A stretch of 64,000 bases of DNA from Octopus vulgaris (GCA_951406725.2 OX597839.1:7874001-7938000), one strand, 5' to 3'. Positions 27,835 through 41,605 are shown, counted from the first letter of the stretch. The notes: generated from the sequence alone by a model not told the origin. Numbers and translations are program-made.

Positions 27835-27995
27835 GCACAAGGCCCGAAATTTGGGGAGAGGGTGCCAGTAGATTAGATCGACGCCAGTACGCAACTGGTA
27901 CTTAATTTAACGACTCCGAGGTCGACTTTGCCTTTCATCCTTTCGGAGTCGATAAATTAACTAACAGTTACGCACAGGGGTCGATGTATGCAACT
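27835..27995. mobile_element. Two SINE B fragments in opposite orientation
   Basis: Minus fragment ~27835-27917 joined to plus fragment GAGGTCGACTTTGCCTTTCATCCTTTCGG from ~27918. Confidence 0.7.
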
Positions 27996-28482
27996 TAACC
28001 CCAAGCTGTTATTTCGCACCAAAATAAATAAAAATAAACAAGAAACCAGAAACAATTCTTCTCTTGAGGTTAGATTTTAAATTCCCTTCAAACTTCCTTC
28101 ACGTGATATATTCTTTACATTTATGTAAACTTTCTTTTGGGTTCTCAGAGAAATTCCATCGCATTTTTTACCTTCTCGCCTTGGTACTCCCTCGTCATAT
28201 GACTAAAACGAAGTAAGATATATTCAGCGTTCAGTAAGTTGTAGAGGATAAATAAAAAGTGCTACAAAAAACGCATAAAACTCTACTACAAAAGATATTT
28301 TTAGGTGTTGGTACAAATGAACCAAAAGGATTAATTTAAATGGAAAAAAAATTAGATGAATTCAGGTGTATTTTCTACATAGATTTTATATCGTTGGTAT
28401 CATAATGAAGCAAGTTGTAAGTCATCACATATACTTTTTTTTTTTATTTTTCCTTTTTGGGTAAATTTATTGAGTTTCGTAT

Positions 28483-28780
28483 TTGTTGTTGTTTGTTCCT
28501 TGTTGAGCCATGCCTGGCTCACAAGGGCCGGTTTCCCGGATTTATTGGCCTATAGGTTCCCCACCTAGACGCGACGCCGGTCCGTCACAGGTGAGCTGCT
28601 AGATGCAGGAGGAAAGAATGAGAAAAAATTGTGGCGAAAGAGTCAGCAGAGGTTCGCCATTACCTTCTTCCAGGGGCGCGTGGAGCTTAGGTGCTTCGCT
28701 CATAAACACACATACCGCTCGGTCTGAGATACGAACCTGCGATCAATCGAGCTCTAACCACTAGGCCATGTACTTCCATC
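28483..28780 (-). mobile_element. SINE family D, tail type 2
   Basis: A-box TGGCCTAGTGG on minus; TSD GAGTTTCGTAT/GAATTTCGTAT. Confidence 0.85.
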
Positions 28781-29198
28781 GAATTTCGTATAAGTGTCAT
28801 TATTAAATTTAAAAACTTTTCGTTTCCTGAAGGTTACAAGTTTTTCTCGAATATTCAATTGCTGCGATGCCTTAACTATTTCAGTTTATGTTGAAAATGC
28901 ATTCTTAAATTCTTAATTTTAATGTGTTAAACATGTTCCCTAATTTCTTTTCAAAATGCCCCAAACCATTTATCCATGGTTGGCATCTGAAAGTTATTGT
29001 GCAGTATTTTCTCATTTTTGATGGGTAATACCTGTATTTTGGGGAAAAAGTCCTTTGTAAGACCGCCTCCACCGTATTGATAAGTTGTATAATATATGAC
29101 TTGTTCGTGGATATCGAAATATATTTTTATCTTCAAGCATTCCAAGATACATACATACATACATGCAAGTTTTATCTTCAAACTATCTTCAAGGAGTA

Positions 29199-29862
29199 AT
29201 ATTGGTTTCCAATTTTGGCACAAAGCCAGGAAGTTTGGGGAAGGATGTAAGTCCAGGACATCGACCCCAGTGATCAAATGGTACGTAATTTATTGATTCT
29301 GAGAGGATGAAAAGCAAAGACGACCTCGGCGGAATTTGCACTCAGAACATTAAGACGAACGAAATGCCGCAGAGCTTTTTGTCCAGCGTGCTAACGATTC
29401 TGCCGATTCTATAAAAGCAACACTATCATCATCACCACCAGCACTCCAACCACCACCCTTATATTCTTTTCTACTCTAGGCACAAGGCCCAGAATTTTGG
29501 GAGAGGGGGCCAGTCGATTAGAGCGACCCCAGTACGCAACTGGTACTTAATTTAACGAGTCCGAAAGAATGAAAGGCAAGGTCGACCTCAACGGAATTTG
29601 AACTCAGAACGTAACGGCAGACGAAATACCTATTTCTTTACTACCCACAAGGGGCTAAACACAGAGAGGACAAACAAGGACTGACAAACGGATTAAGTCG
29701 ATTATATCGACCCAAATGCATAACTGGTACTTATTTAATCGACCCCGAAAGGATGAAAGGCAAAGTCGACCTCGGGGGAATTTGAACTCAGAACGTAATG
29801 GCAGACGAAATACGGCTGCGCATTTCGCCTGGCGTGCTAACGTTTCTGCCAGTTCACCGCCT
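29199..29862 (-). mobile_element. SINE family B cluster: diverged monomer (29199-29404) and head-to-tail dimer with two different tails (29463-29862)
   Basis: Reverse-complement homology; dimer junction TAAAGAAATAGGTATTTCGTC. Confidence 0.88.
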
Positions 29863-30857
29863 TAACCACCGCCCTTATATTTGCACATACTTGATTGGGG
29901 CTTCTGCGTGGCTGTTCGTCTCCCAAGAAATAGTTGTTATTTTGCACCAAAATAAACAAGAAATAAACAAGAATATTTCTATCCTGAAAACGGGAGAGAA
30001 ACAATAGAGAAATAGTTCTAGATATACAGAAACGTGATGGCCATGGGTGGAATCGATTTGATAAAAAGCTTGCTCGATCGGGATGGACATGGAGCTAACC
30101 ACCTCAGCCGCTTTCAGCATCAACAACGACAACAGCAACATCATTACGAATTAACAAACAATCAATTTCATAACCACCAAACCTGCCCCTAATAGGCGTT
30201 GTTGGCATTGCTTGAATCATGGCTCTTCTAAACCAGTTCTGTCCGAGGGTTAAATAACATCAAAAACAATCTCAGCAACTCCCTCACAGACTACCAATAT
30301 CAGGAAACACCACCAAAGCCGGATTCTCTATGTAGTGGCTCTATCGACAGAGGAACCAAATCTTCTTCAAATCACAAGAGCACTATCGCAAAAAAAAAAA
30401 AGGACACGTTTGATAATGTGATACTGGATTGCCTGTAGAAAGAAGAAAAAAAGATGAGAAGGTCATGGGTGGAAGTCTTTTGATCCTATGCCTGTTCCTG
30501 TCTGATTAGAGCTGATATGGAGCTTAACAACAACAACCACAGCTACAAAAACACCGTATCAGTCATTGCCATTTCCACAATTACTATCGAATGAAACCAC
30601 AAGCACTCGATGTCATAGACAGAATCGCAACCACCACCGCCACCTCTACTACAAACAGCACTATCAACCATCATCAGCCATCACCACCACCACTACCACC
30701 ACCACCACAAAATCACTGATACTTCTACTAACGCCACCATACAATCACCATCAACAACAACAAAATCACCATCATCATCATCATCATCATCATCAACAAC
30801 AACCACAGTAACAGTAACATAACGCTCGTTATTATCAATGAATATTTCTACTAACAG

Positions 30858-31607
30858 AGGCGGCGAGCTGGCAGAACCGTTAGCACGCCGGGCGAAATAC
30901 GTAACTGTATTTCGTCTGCCGTTACGTTCTGAGTTCAAATTCCGCCGAGGTCGACTTTGCCTTTCATCCTTTTGGGGTCGATTAAATAAGTACCAGTTGC
31001 GCACTGGGGTCGATGTAATCGACTTAATCTGTTTGTCTGTCCTTATTTGTCCTCTCAGTGTTTAGCCCCTTGTGGGTAGTAAAGAAATAGGCATTTCGTC
31101 TGCCGTTACGTTCTGAGTTCAAATTCCGCCGAGGTCGACTTTGCCTTTCATCCTTCCGGGTTCGATTAAATAAGTACCAGATACGCACTGGGGTCGATAT
31201 AATCGACTTAATCCGTTTGTCTGTCCTTGTTTGTCCTCTCTGTGTTCAGCCCCTTGTGAAAACGAATAGGCATTTCGTCTGCCGTTACGTTCTGAGTTCA
31301 AATTCCGCCGAGGTCGACTTTGCCTTTCATCCTTCCGGGTTCGATTAAATAAGTACCAGATACGCACTGGGGTCGATATAATCGACTTAATCCGTTTGTC
31401 TGTCCTTGTTTGTCCTCTCTGTGTTTAGCCCCTTGTGAAAACGCTTAGCTGCATTTCGTCTGTCTTTACGCCGAGGTCGACTTTACCATTCATCCTTTGG
31501 GGATCGATAAAATAAGTACCAGTTGAGTGGAGGGGGTCGATGTATAGAACTGACGTATACCCTGCTCCGAATTTGCTGGCCTTTTGCCAAAGTTTAAAAT
31601 CGATATT
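30858..31607 (+). mobile_element. Tandem array of SINE B (three ~180-bp units plus a diverged fourth)
   Basis: ATTTCGTCTGCCGTTACG recurs near 30910, 31094 and 31272; only the first unit has the tRNA-like head. Confidence 0.92.
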
Positions 31608-31622
31608 ACGGTGGATTGTATA

Positions 31623-31944
31623 AGGTGCCGAACTGGCAGAATCGTTACCGTGCCGGATGAAATGCTTAGTGGCATTTCGTCCGTCATTACGTTCTGAATT
31701 CTAATTCCGCCGAGATAGTTTTAGCTTTCATTCTTTCGGGGACCTGCATCTACAGTGCCACCCATGTGTGTGCATGGGTGGCACTGTCCTACGCCTGTAA
31801 GTGGGGATGTGTTAAAGAGCGACTCTATGTGAACCAGTTCAGTGGCATTAGTGTAGATGCAGGTTGAGTATTGGGGTCGATGTAACTGACATGAACCCCA
31901 CCCCTAAAATTGCTGGACTTGTGCCAAAATGTGAAACCGCTATT
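31623..31944 (+). mobile_element. Diverged SINE B interrupted by a small TIR element
   Basis: B head at 31623-31741; B sequence resumes at 31865. Confidence 0.75.
31742..31864. mobile_element. 123-bp MITE-like element with 13-bp TIRs and an internal perfect 15-bp hairpin
   Basis: ACCTGCATCTACA / TGTAGATGCAGGT; ACAGTGCCACCCATG-TGTGTG-CATGGGTGGCACTGT at 31752-31787. Confidence 0.65.
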
Positions 31945-32981
31945 ACGGTGGACTGTCAATATGCTTAGAGCTTCGGACAAAACATCATATGGTATTTTGT
32001 TGTCAATCTCTGCATTCTGAGTTCGAATCTGACTGCTCGTGTGCCGACATTGCGCTTCATTCTTCCAAAGTATCAATAAAATCAATGCTTCCAAAATATC
32101 ACATACGATGTAATCGAAAACTCACCCACGCATAAAGTTTGCTATTCATATTGTTATTATAGTTTAGCCCTAGGACAACCACCATTTACCAGACCTAAGA
32201 CCAAAGACATTTCATCTGGGACCATGTTTTGGGTTCCTGTTTTTTAAATTTTTTTTTTGTTTGCAAGGAAACATTACATAACGTGTTCTTTATTCAGGCC
32301 TAGGCTAAGGTTTGCGGGACTTTTGGCTGTTATTTCTAGCGTGTTGTGCTGCTAAATAGTTTTGGCGTTGTTGGTATAGTGGTGGTTAGTGGTGGCCTTA
32401 GTGGAAGTGGGGGTGGGAAACGAGGTTATTGCTGCTACTGCGTCTGCTGCTGCTGGTGAGTGATGCTGTTGGTGGATGTGAGATAATAATTAATTTTAAA
32501 ACAAAAAAAAATAATAATAATAATGTTCTCCGCGCATCTAAGAAAAGAAAAAAATACAAACAAAAAATAACAAACAAAACTCAAACAAATTCTACAGAAA
32601 ACAATAACACCAATACCAGCTACAAAAACGTAAAAAAGTCTATTAACATAAAAATTGTGAAAGAGATAATTTGATTAAATTTAATGAAAATGAAAAGAAT
32701 GTTTCTGAGAAAATCGGATTAAGCTTTTTGACATGGAAAACATCTAAACATTCCACAGACGATGCCAATGATTTGGAGATTTATAAAGAAATATGAAGAA
32801 TATGAAGAATATAGTTTCAGAAATATGTTAGAAACTTTTCCGATAGTGTTCTTTTTGTTTTTTTCTTTGTTTGTTTGTATATTGTGTTTGTCTGTCTATC
32901 TGTCTATCTGTCTATCTGTCTATCTGTCTACTTATGTTGTTTGCCCATAGTGTCTACGTGTTTGTCAGACAATCGATCTAA

Positions 32982-33398
32982 GGGCAGCGAGCTGGCAAAA
33001 ACGTTAGCAGGCCGGACGAAATGCGTAGCCGTATTTCGTCTGCCGTTACGTTCTGAGTTCAAATTCCGCCGAGGTCGACTTTGCCTTTCATCCTTTCGGG
33101 GTCGATTAAATAAGTACCAGTTACGCACTCGGGTCGATATAATCGACTTAATCCGTTTGTCTGTCCTTGTTTGTCCTCTCTGTGTTTACCCCCTTGAGGG
33201 TAGTAAAGAAATAGGTATTTCGTCTGCCGTTACGTTCTGAGTTCAAATTCCGCCGAGGTAGACTTTGCCTTTCATTCTTTCGGGGTCGATTAAATAAGTA
33301 CCAGTTACGCACTGGGGTCGATATAATCGACTTAATCCGTTTGTCTGTCCTTGTTTGTCCTCTCTGTGTTTAGCCCCTTGTGGGTAGTAAAGAAATAG
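32982..33398 (+). mobile_element. SINE family B head-to-tail dimer
   Basis: Same junction GTAAAGAAATAGGTATTTCGTC near 33203-33224. Confidence 0.9.
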
Positions 33399-33500
33399 AT
33401 CTGTCTGTCTTCCTGTCTATCTTCAATCAATCTTTCTATCTATTTCTCTGTCTCTTTCTCTCTCTCTCGCTATCAATCTATCTATTTATCTATCTCCTTA

Positions 33501-33549
<49 letters not shown>

Positions 33550-33880
33550 CTCTCTTTTCCTACCTATCTACCTATCCCTTTATCTATCTGTCTCTCTGTC
33601 TATTTATTTGAACCAAACAGTTTCTTATCCCCTGCAAGAGGCTATCCACTACACAAAAGACAGTATCAGAAATATTAGTAAAGAGATAAGCAATTGGAAA
33701 GCAGCAGGACCTGATGGTGTACAGGGATTTTGGATATAAAAAAGATACAACAGTTGTCATAAGTTGATCGCAGAGCAATATAATGCATTGATCGATGGAG
33801 AAAAAGAAATTTTGGACTGGTTTACAAAAGGACGAACGGTATTGTATCTGAAGGATATAAGGACGAACGGTATTGTATCT

Positions 33881-34112
33881 AAGGCGGCTAGCTGGCAGAA
33901 ACGTTTGCACACCGGGCGAAATGTTTAGCTGTATTTCGTCTGCCGATACGTTCTGAATTCAAATTCCCCGAGGTCGACTTTGCCTTTCATCGTTTCGAGG
34001 TCGATTAGATAATTACCAGTTACGCACTGGGGTCGATATAATCGACTTAGTCCGTTTGCCTGTCCTTGTTCGTCCCTTCTGTGTTTAGCCCCTTGTGGGT
34101 AGTAGAGAAATA
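33881..34112 (+). mobile_element. SINE family B inserted in the R4/Dong RT
   Basis: Full head and tail; host sequence GGTATTGTA(T/G)CTGAAGGATA is duplicated at 33838 and 34113. Confidence 0.9.
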
Positions 34113-34665
34113 GGTATTGTAGCTGAAGGATACATCAAAGGAAAATGCTGCTGACAATTACAGTCCAATTTCCTGCTTCCCATTAATGTGGAAGTTACTG
34201 CCAGGAGAAATCGCTGAAGAACTGTGTAAATTTCCGGATGAGAACGATATATTACCGATGGAACAAAAAGGCTGTAGAGGGAGATGCAGAGGTACCAAAG
34301 ATGAATTATGCAAGATTCTAGTCGAAGGAGAACAAATCCGGAAATTGCCTGGTTTGACTATCGCAAGGCTTATGATGTGATTCCACATTCGTGGATCATC
34401 GCTTGTTGAGATCTGTTTGGAATTGCGAGGAATGCAACACGTTTCCTGAAGAGAAGAATGATGAGATGCGAAACTGACCTGACATCTTACAGAAAAATCT
34501 TGGGCACACGGGGTATCAGAAGAGAGTGATAGCTTATCTCCGTTGGTACTTAGGAAAATGACCCTGGAGTATCAACTTAAGGAAAAAAATCCAAAGCAAT
34601 CAGGCCCCTCCACTTCATGGATGATTTGAAACTGTATGGCAAAGATAAAACACTAGTGAGTTCCT

Positions 34666-34832
34666 TGGGCTACAGCAAATATTCTACTCAATACCACAGA
34701 TTTGCTAGTCAGTTGTTTGACCTTAACCAGTTGAGCATGTCCCTTGGTGGCTGATGATGTGTGCATCTCTGATTACGAGCAGAAGTACTGGGGCAGCATC
34801 ATAGACATGTGTTGAGGGGAATTCTTTGGGGT
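34666..34832 (+). mobile_element. Repeat family C fragment inserted in the RT
   Basis: Matches ~15283-15451; RT peptide continues on both sides. Confidence 0.8.
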
Positions 34833-35658
34833 CTGAAGACGGTCCACTGTTTTAGCGCTGATATTAGTATAGAATTTGGACTTAAGAGGTTCGGCATAAC
34901 CTACCATAAAAGAGGCAAGGGGCAGTACCATCGGGGATAGAATTATAGAAACGCATGTCGTGGGACTTAAGAATTCAAACATTAACTTGTGCAGGTTGAA
35001 CTATGAAACAAAATGTAAGATAAAGAAGCCTAGTTGTTTTTTGTAATGAATACCAATACATACATTTAGAGCAATTTTTTTCAGGGGCCCTTAAAATTCT
35101 ATTGTGGATCTTCAAATGACTATTTTGCTGTATGGACCCAAAAAATGTTATATGGACCTTTGAAAGGTCATCTGGACGCCAGTTAAAAACCACTGAGTTA
35201 AATCGTCCCTAACAGCTTCGAGGGGTGGTGTAAATGGATTATTTTGATACCAGGACTTGACAGGTGTTTATTTTATAATAAATATACTAATAAATATAAT
35301 TTATAATAAATAAAAGGCAAAACTAACCTCGGCGGAGTTTGAACTCAGAACTCAGAATTTAAAGCCGTATTTAAATAGCACAGTGAATGTTCTGAAACTA
35401 AGGAGTTTAATGATACCGCCAATCTACTACCTTAGTGAAGTCTTTTACATCGGCAAAAGGCCAGGAAATTGAGGAGAGGAGATAGTGCTGAATATCGACT
35501 TATTTTATCGACCACGAAAAGAATGAAAGGCAAAGTCGATCTAGGAGGGATTAGAACTAAGAAACAAGCATCGTAGATGTATGGATCTGTATATAGGATA
35601 AGGAATTTTAATCCCAATGCTTTCGCTTTCCACACTACACCAGATTGTCAACTGTTAA

Positions 35659-35749
<91 letters not shown>

Positions 35750-36429
35750 TCAAAGTATAAAATAAAACCAATATTATTAATAACGGTTATGATAATATTG
35801 TTAATACTATAAAATATTTCACACTCTAGCATTCCATACTTTAAAAAGTTATTCTTAAAAATGTCGAAATATTGATGATACGAAACGAAGAGAGACAATT
35901 ACAACGAATCAATTTTGTTCATTATTTTATTGTTTATTGACAGGACTTTTAATGAAAAATCTCCTCTCTTTTTTTTTTATTATTTTATGTTTTATTTATA
36001 ATTATTTTTTTTATCTAAATTAGAAGAATAGGATATATGGAAAAGAAAAAAAAAGAGGTTATAAAAAAACAACTAACAAAGAATACGACTGAGAAATTTT
36101 GAAAAATATAAAGAATAAATGATTGAAATGAGTAGAAATATATTTGTGTTGTTTTTGAGATTTTTATGAGAGGAATTTTGGAAAAAAAAATTAGTTAAAT
36201 AAAATAATAGAAAATAAATCACAACATAAACCATAAACCATAAAGAATGTAATTTTTTCATTTTTTGCATTTTTTTTCAGTGTTTGTTGTTTTTTTTTTT
36301 GTTTTTGTTTTTTTGGCTTTTTTTACCAAATTCCTTCGTTAATAATTCTGTAATTTATTAATAACCGTTAACGGATATTTGATTATAGAAAGTACATAAA
36401 TATAACATGAGGTGACATAGGAACGAAAC

Positions 36430-36553
36430 TGGAGAGAAATAGAGAGAGGGGGAGAGGGAGAGGGAGAGAGGATAGAGAGGAGAAGGGGAGAGGCTGAGAA
36501 GGAAAGAAAGGCGAAAAGAGAAGGGGAGAGTGTGAGAGAGAAAAGACAAATAG

Positions 36554-36590
<37 letters not shown>

Positions 36591-36905
36591 TAGAGAGAGA
36601 GACACACAGTTACACAAAGATGAGGAGAGAAAGGGAAGAGAAAGAGACATGGAAAATGAGAGATAGAGAAAGGTAAAGTATGCATGTGTGTGTGTGTGAC
36701 AAAGAGAGAGCGAGAGAAAGAGAGAGATGAAGAGGCAGCGATTGGGAGTAAGAGAGGGAGTTACTAACACATGCAGACATAGAGAGAGGGAGAAGAGAGA
36801 GAGGAAAAGGGACAGAGGTATAGAGAGGGAGAGGGAGAGGGAGTGAGGCGTATCAAGAGAGATAGAGAGACTAAAATACTGAGAGGCTGAGAGCGAAAGA
36901 CAGAT
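36430..36905. repeat. GA-rich low-complexity tract
   Basis: Direct reading. Confidence 0.85.
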
Positions 36906-37647
36906 AATGATGACTGCTATGATGGCGATGATGATGATGATCATCATCATCATCATAATCATTATCATTTTTATCATTATCGAGAAGAGTGGGGAATGGA
37001 TGAAGATGTAACAGAAATGAAAACGGTAGCATCTGTGGGGAAAGATAAAGAGTTAGAGATGTATAAGGAAAGAGAGAAAGAGAGTGAAAGAGAGTGAAAG
37101 AGAGACAGATTTTTTTTTCGTTTTAAGTTAACTAGAAAAATATTTCACACATGCACAGATGCGCACATGAAAAATTTCGAAACTATCTTAACAAACAAAC
37201 ACAAAAAAAAACCTTAATTCTAGGCCCTGCCGGTGTTGAAACATCATCCCCACCATCGCTACGACCCGTCAGCTACATATCATATACCAAGGGAGTTATT
37301 GAAAAAGCCTCTACACCGTCGCTCAGCAAGTTAGATGTAGCAACCAAATCGTCAGTGAATCACATAATAGTGTCTTTAATTTAAGAAGGACGCATTAGGT
37401 AATATAATCTCATAAAAATCGGGCTGGTCACTATCATTGTTCCTTGGGTCAGAGCTGATCTAAAGCTGAACAGCGGCCACAACACAGTAGAATAAAGTTT
37501 TTAGCCTCACTTTATTTAATACAATAACGAGAGAGATAACGAGAGTATTTCTTACCAGAAACAGTAACCTAATCTCTAAATGTCACACACTAATTCTTAA
37601 TAAAGAAAAACAACAATAAGATACTTAGACACTGCAGTCATATATTC

Positions 37648-38045
<398 letters not shown>

Positions 38046-38827
38046 ACAATACGTATCAATGGCAACCTCCTCATCTCTGAAATGAAAACTAGATTGACCT
38101 TTTTTCTCTAAAAATGTCAATTCAACTGTGAAATTATTCTTAATTCTTCGATGTTATCTCCACCCTCTTATTGAAGGCTGCTTATAATTATCTCTAGGCT
38201 CTTGTTTTCCTGCTCGGTTTGTGAGTGAAATTTCTAAGTTCAAAAATTTATTGTCTTCGCATTCAATACACACCCCGTTGACTTTCTTATCAATATTCAT
38301 GTAACTGAGCCTCTCATTTATTTTCTATTTGCTTTTTTTGGGGGTGGGGGCTATAATTACTTAAAATACTCTTGCACAATAATGCACAAACTTCTGTATA
38401 TGTTAAACTGTACAAATAAATTCAGTATCAAAAATGGACTGTGCTGTGCTGTAGAGGCTATGCCGAAGGCGAAACGTACCACGGGGCTATCTTCGTCTCG
38501 GAAACAAAGATCAAATGGTCATTTAATTTCCTGAGCATCTGAAATTATCACCTTTTTTCATTCAGAGTTGCTAACGATTTCTCCAAGACTCCTTTCTCTG
38601 TTTACGAAGGAATTTCTAGTCAATTATGAATTTATCCTGAGCAACAATCAGCATGCACCACCTCGACATTGTTATCTAAATTTATACTTCAGGCCGTTTT
38701 CAGGTATTTTCTCTTTGTTCTATTCTGTTGCACTTATGCAAATTACTCTTGGACAATAATGTAGTAAACGCTATATATGTAAATGTGTCCATATCCCTTC
38801 TGACAACAGAAGGGCTATGATCTCTAT

Positions 38828-39298
38828 GGATGATGGAAGCACTCCGTCGGTTACGACGATGAGGGTTCCAGTTGATCCGAATCAACGGAACAGCCTGCTC
38901 GTGAAATTATGGAATGGAAGCACTCCGTCGGTTACGACGATGAGGGTTCCGGTTGATCCGATCAACGGAACAGCCTGCTCGTGAAATTAACGTGTAAGTG
39001 GCTGAGCACTCCACAGACACGTGTACCCTTAACGTAGTTCTCGGGGATATTCAGCGTGACACAGAGAGTGACAAGGCCGGTCCCTTGAAATACAGGTACA
39101 ACATTAACAGGAAGTAAGAGTGAGAGAAAGTTGTGGTGAAAGAGTACAGCAGGGATCACCACCATCCCCTGCCGGAGCCTCGTGGAGCTTTAAGGTGTTT
39201 TCGCTCAATAAACACTCACAACGCCCGGTCTGGGAATCGAAACCGCGATCTTATGACCGCGAGTCCGTTGCCCTAACCACTGGGCCATTGCGCCTCCA
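38828..39298 (-). mobile_element. SINE family D, tail type 1, full length with duplicated 3' end
   Basis: A-box TGGCCCAGTGG, B-box GGTTTCGATTCCC; 13-bp TSD CTATGATCTCTAT at 38815-38827 and 39299-39311; duplication with 81-bp period at 38834/38915. Confidence 0.92.
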
Positions 39299-39510
39299 CT
39301 ATGATCTCTATAGCTGCCCTTTGTCTCCAAAACTAAGATCAGATTGTCTGTCCGTTGCATTTTGTTGACCCGTTTAATTAGATTTAATTTCGTGAAATTA
39401 TCTCCCCTCCTCACTCAGAGTTTTATAAAATGAAATTCACCCCTCAATGACCTTTGACTTATCTTGTTTTGATTTGTTAAATATTAATTATACATATTAA
39501 TTATACATAT

Positions 39511-39935
39511 AGGCGCAGGAGTGGCTGAGTGGTAAGTAGCTTGCTAACCAGCCACATGGTTCCGGGTTCAGTCCCACTGCGTGGCATCTTGGGCAAGTGT
39601 CTTCTGCTATAGCTCCGGGCCGACCAATGCCTTGTGAGTGGATTTGGTAGACCGAAACTGAAAGAAGCCTGTCGTATATATGTATATATATATATAAGTG
39701 TGTGTGTATATGTTTGTGTGTCTGTGTTTGTCCCCCTAGCATTGCTTGACAACCGATGCTGGTGTGTTTACGCCCCCGTCACTTAGCGGTTCGGCAAAAG
39801 AGACCGATAGAATAAGTACTGGGCTTACAAAGAATAAGTCCCGGGGTCGATTTGCTCGACTAAAGGCGGTGCTCCAGCATGGCCGCAGTCAAATGACTGA
39901 AACAAGTAAAAGAGTAAAAAGAGAGTAAAAGAGTA
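39511..39935 (+). mobile_element. SINE family A, full length
   Basis: A/B boxes, internal microsatellite, (AAAAGAGT)n tail. Confidence 0.93.
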
Positions 39936-40565
39936 TTCGGATAAATAACGCTTGTAGAATGTAAATATGCGAAGAACTTTTATAAAGTCTGGTAAATGCT
40001 TTCCGTAAATATTGAATTGGACATATTTAATCAAGGAGAATAACTGTATCATGGTGATTCACCTAAAACGAAACCGAAACGCGTCCATAGATGTTCCTGT
40101 TTCTCAGGCAATAAACACACTTTCATTACCTTTTCTTAAGTATTTTAATTCAAAGGTATTCAAAATTTCTGCAAATTATATTCCCTTGTTTTACGGAATT
40201 TGCTTTTTCGATTCAAAATGAGGAAAATTTTAATAAATTGAAAATTTATCACGTACGGCGTTGATCGACGCACCGACTAAAGTCGCTCGGTATTGCTCTG
40301 TACACCTAATTCCACAGCCCAAATAACATGAAAAATTTACACAGTTCCACCTTTCAATACAAGTTATTCCATTTTACTTACGTATTGACTTCTTTTTGTT
40401 TTTTTTTCACTGCAATTTATACCTGTATGGAAACAATCATATACATGTTTGTGTGTGTGTCTGTGTATACACATACGCCTATACATACATATATCTACGT
40501 ATATACATATGTATATATATGTGTGTGTATATGCGCGTGTGTGGGTGTGATAGATAGATAGATAA

Positions 40566-40880
<315 letters not shown>

Positions 40881-40884
40881 TGTG

Positions 40885-41100
40885 TAGGGTTGTGTATGTT
40901 TGTGTGTCTGTGATTGTTTTCCTACATAGCTTAACAACTGATGCTGGAGTGTTTACGTCCCCGTAACTTAGCGGCTCGGGTCAAATGTGACCGATAAGGA
41001 TAAGGAGTTGGCTTACAAAGAATAAGTCCTGAGGTCGAATTGTTCGACTAAAGGCGGCTCTCCAACATGGCCGCAGTCAAATGACTGAAACAAGTAAAAG
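40885..41100 (+). mobile_element. SINE family A, 3' half
   Basis: Homology to A copies. Confidence 0.8.
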
Positions 41101-41186
41101 GAATATATATAAAGAGAGAGAGAGAGACAGGTACAAAGAGAAAGGAGAGATAGGAGAGATAAATGTGAGAGAGGCAGGCAGGCATA

Positions 41187-41605
41187 TACTCTTTACTCTT
41201 TACTCTTTTACTTGTTTCAGTCATTTGACTGCGGCCATGCTGGAGCACCGCCTTTTAATCGAACAAATCGACCCCGGGACTTATTCTTTTGTAAGCCCAG
41301 TACTTATTCTATCGGTCTCTTTTGCCGAACCGCTAAGTAACGGGGACATAAACACACCAGCATCGGTTGTCAAGCAATGCTAGGGGGACAAACACAGACA
41401 CACAAACACACGCACGCATATATATATATATACATATATACGACGGGCTTCTTTCAGTTTCCGTCTATCAAATCCACTCACAAGGCTTTTGGTCGGCCCG
41501 AGGCTATAGTAGAAGACACTTGCCCAAGGTGCCACACAGTGGGACTGAACCCGGAACTATGTGGTTGGTAAACAAGCTACTTACCACACAGCCACTCCAC
41601 TCCTG
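41187..41605 (-). mobile_element. SINE family A, full length
   Basis: Reverse-complement homology. Confidence 0.92.

Larger units (their letters stand above)
33650..34940 (+). pseudogene. Decayed R4/Dong-clade non-LTR reverse transcriptase
   Basis: Motifs [95 protein letters not shown] across frameshifts; interrupted by SINE B and family C. Confidence 0.88.

Noticed and set aside
30858-31607. Regularly spaced repeats that might suggest a CRISPR array (also 24427-24988)
   Set aside because: Whole units are repeated with no unique spacers; eukaryotic context and no cas genes
34833-34963. CTGAAGA ... GAAACGCATGTC as one hammerhead
   Set aside because: The CTGAAGA is RT coding sequence (LKT) and stems I and II do not pair; only the 3' half is suggestive
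35080-35196. Possible hAT MITE end (GTTAAAAACCACTG)
   Set aside because: No matching opposite terminus or 8-bp TSD found
38446-38485. CTGTAGA-GGCTAT-GCCGAAGGC-GAAACGTAC as a hammerhead
   Set aside because: Needs an A6 substitution, a 6-nt insertion and an off-register stem I; plausible by chance
39205-39298. tRNA-like sequences in SINE heads
   Set aside because: No intact acceptor stem and continuous with SINE bodies, so not tRNA genes
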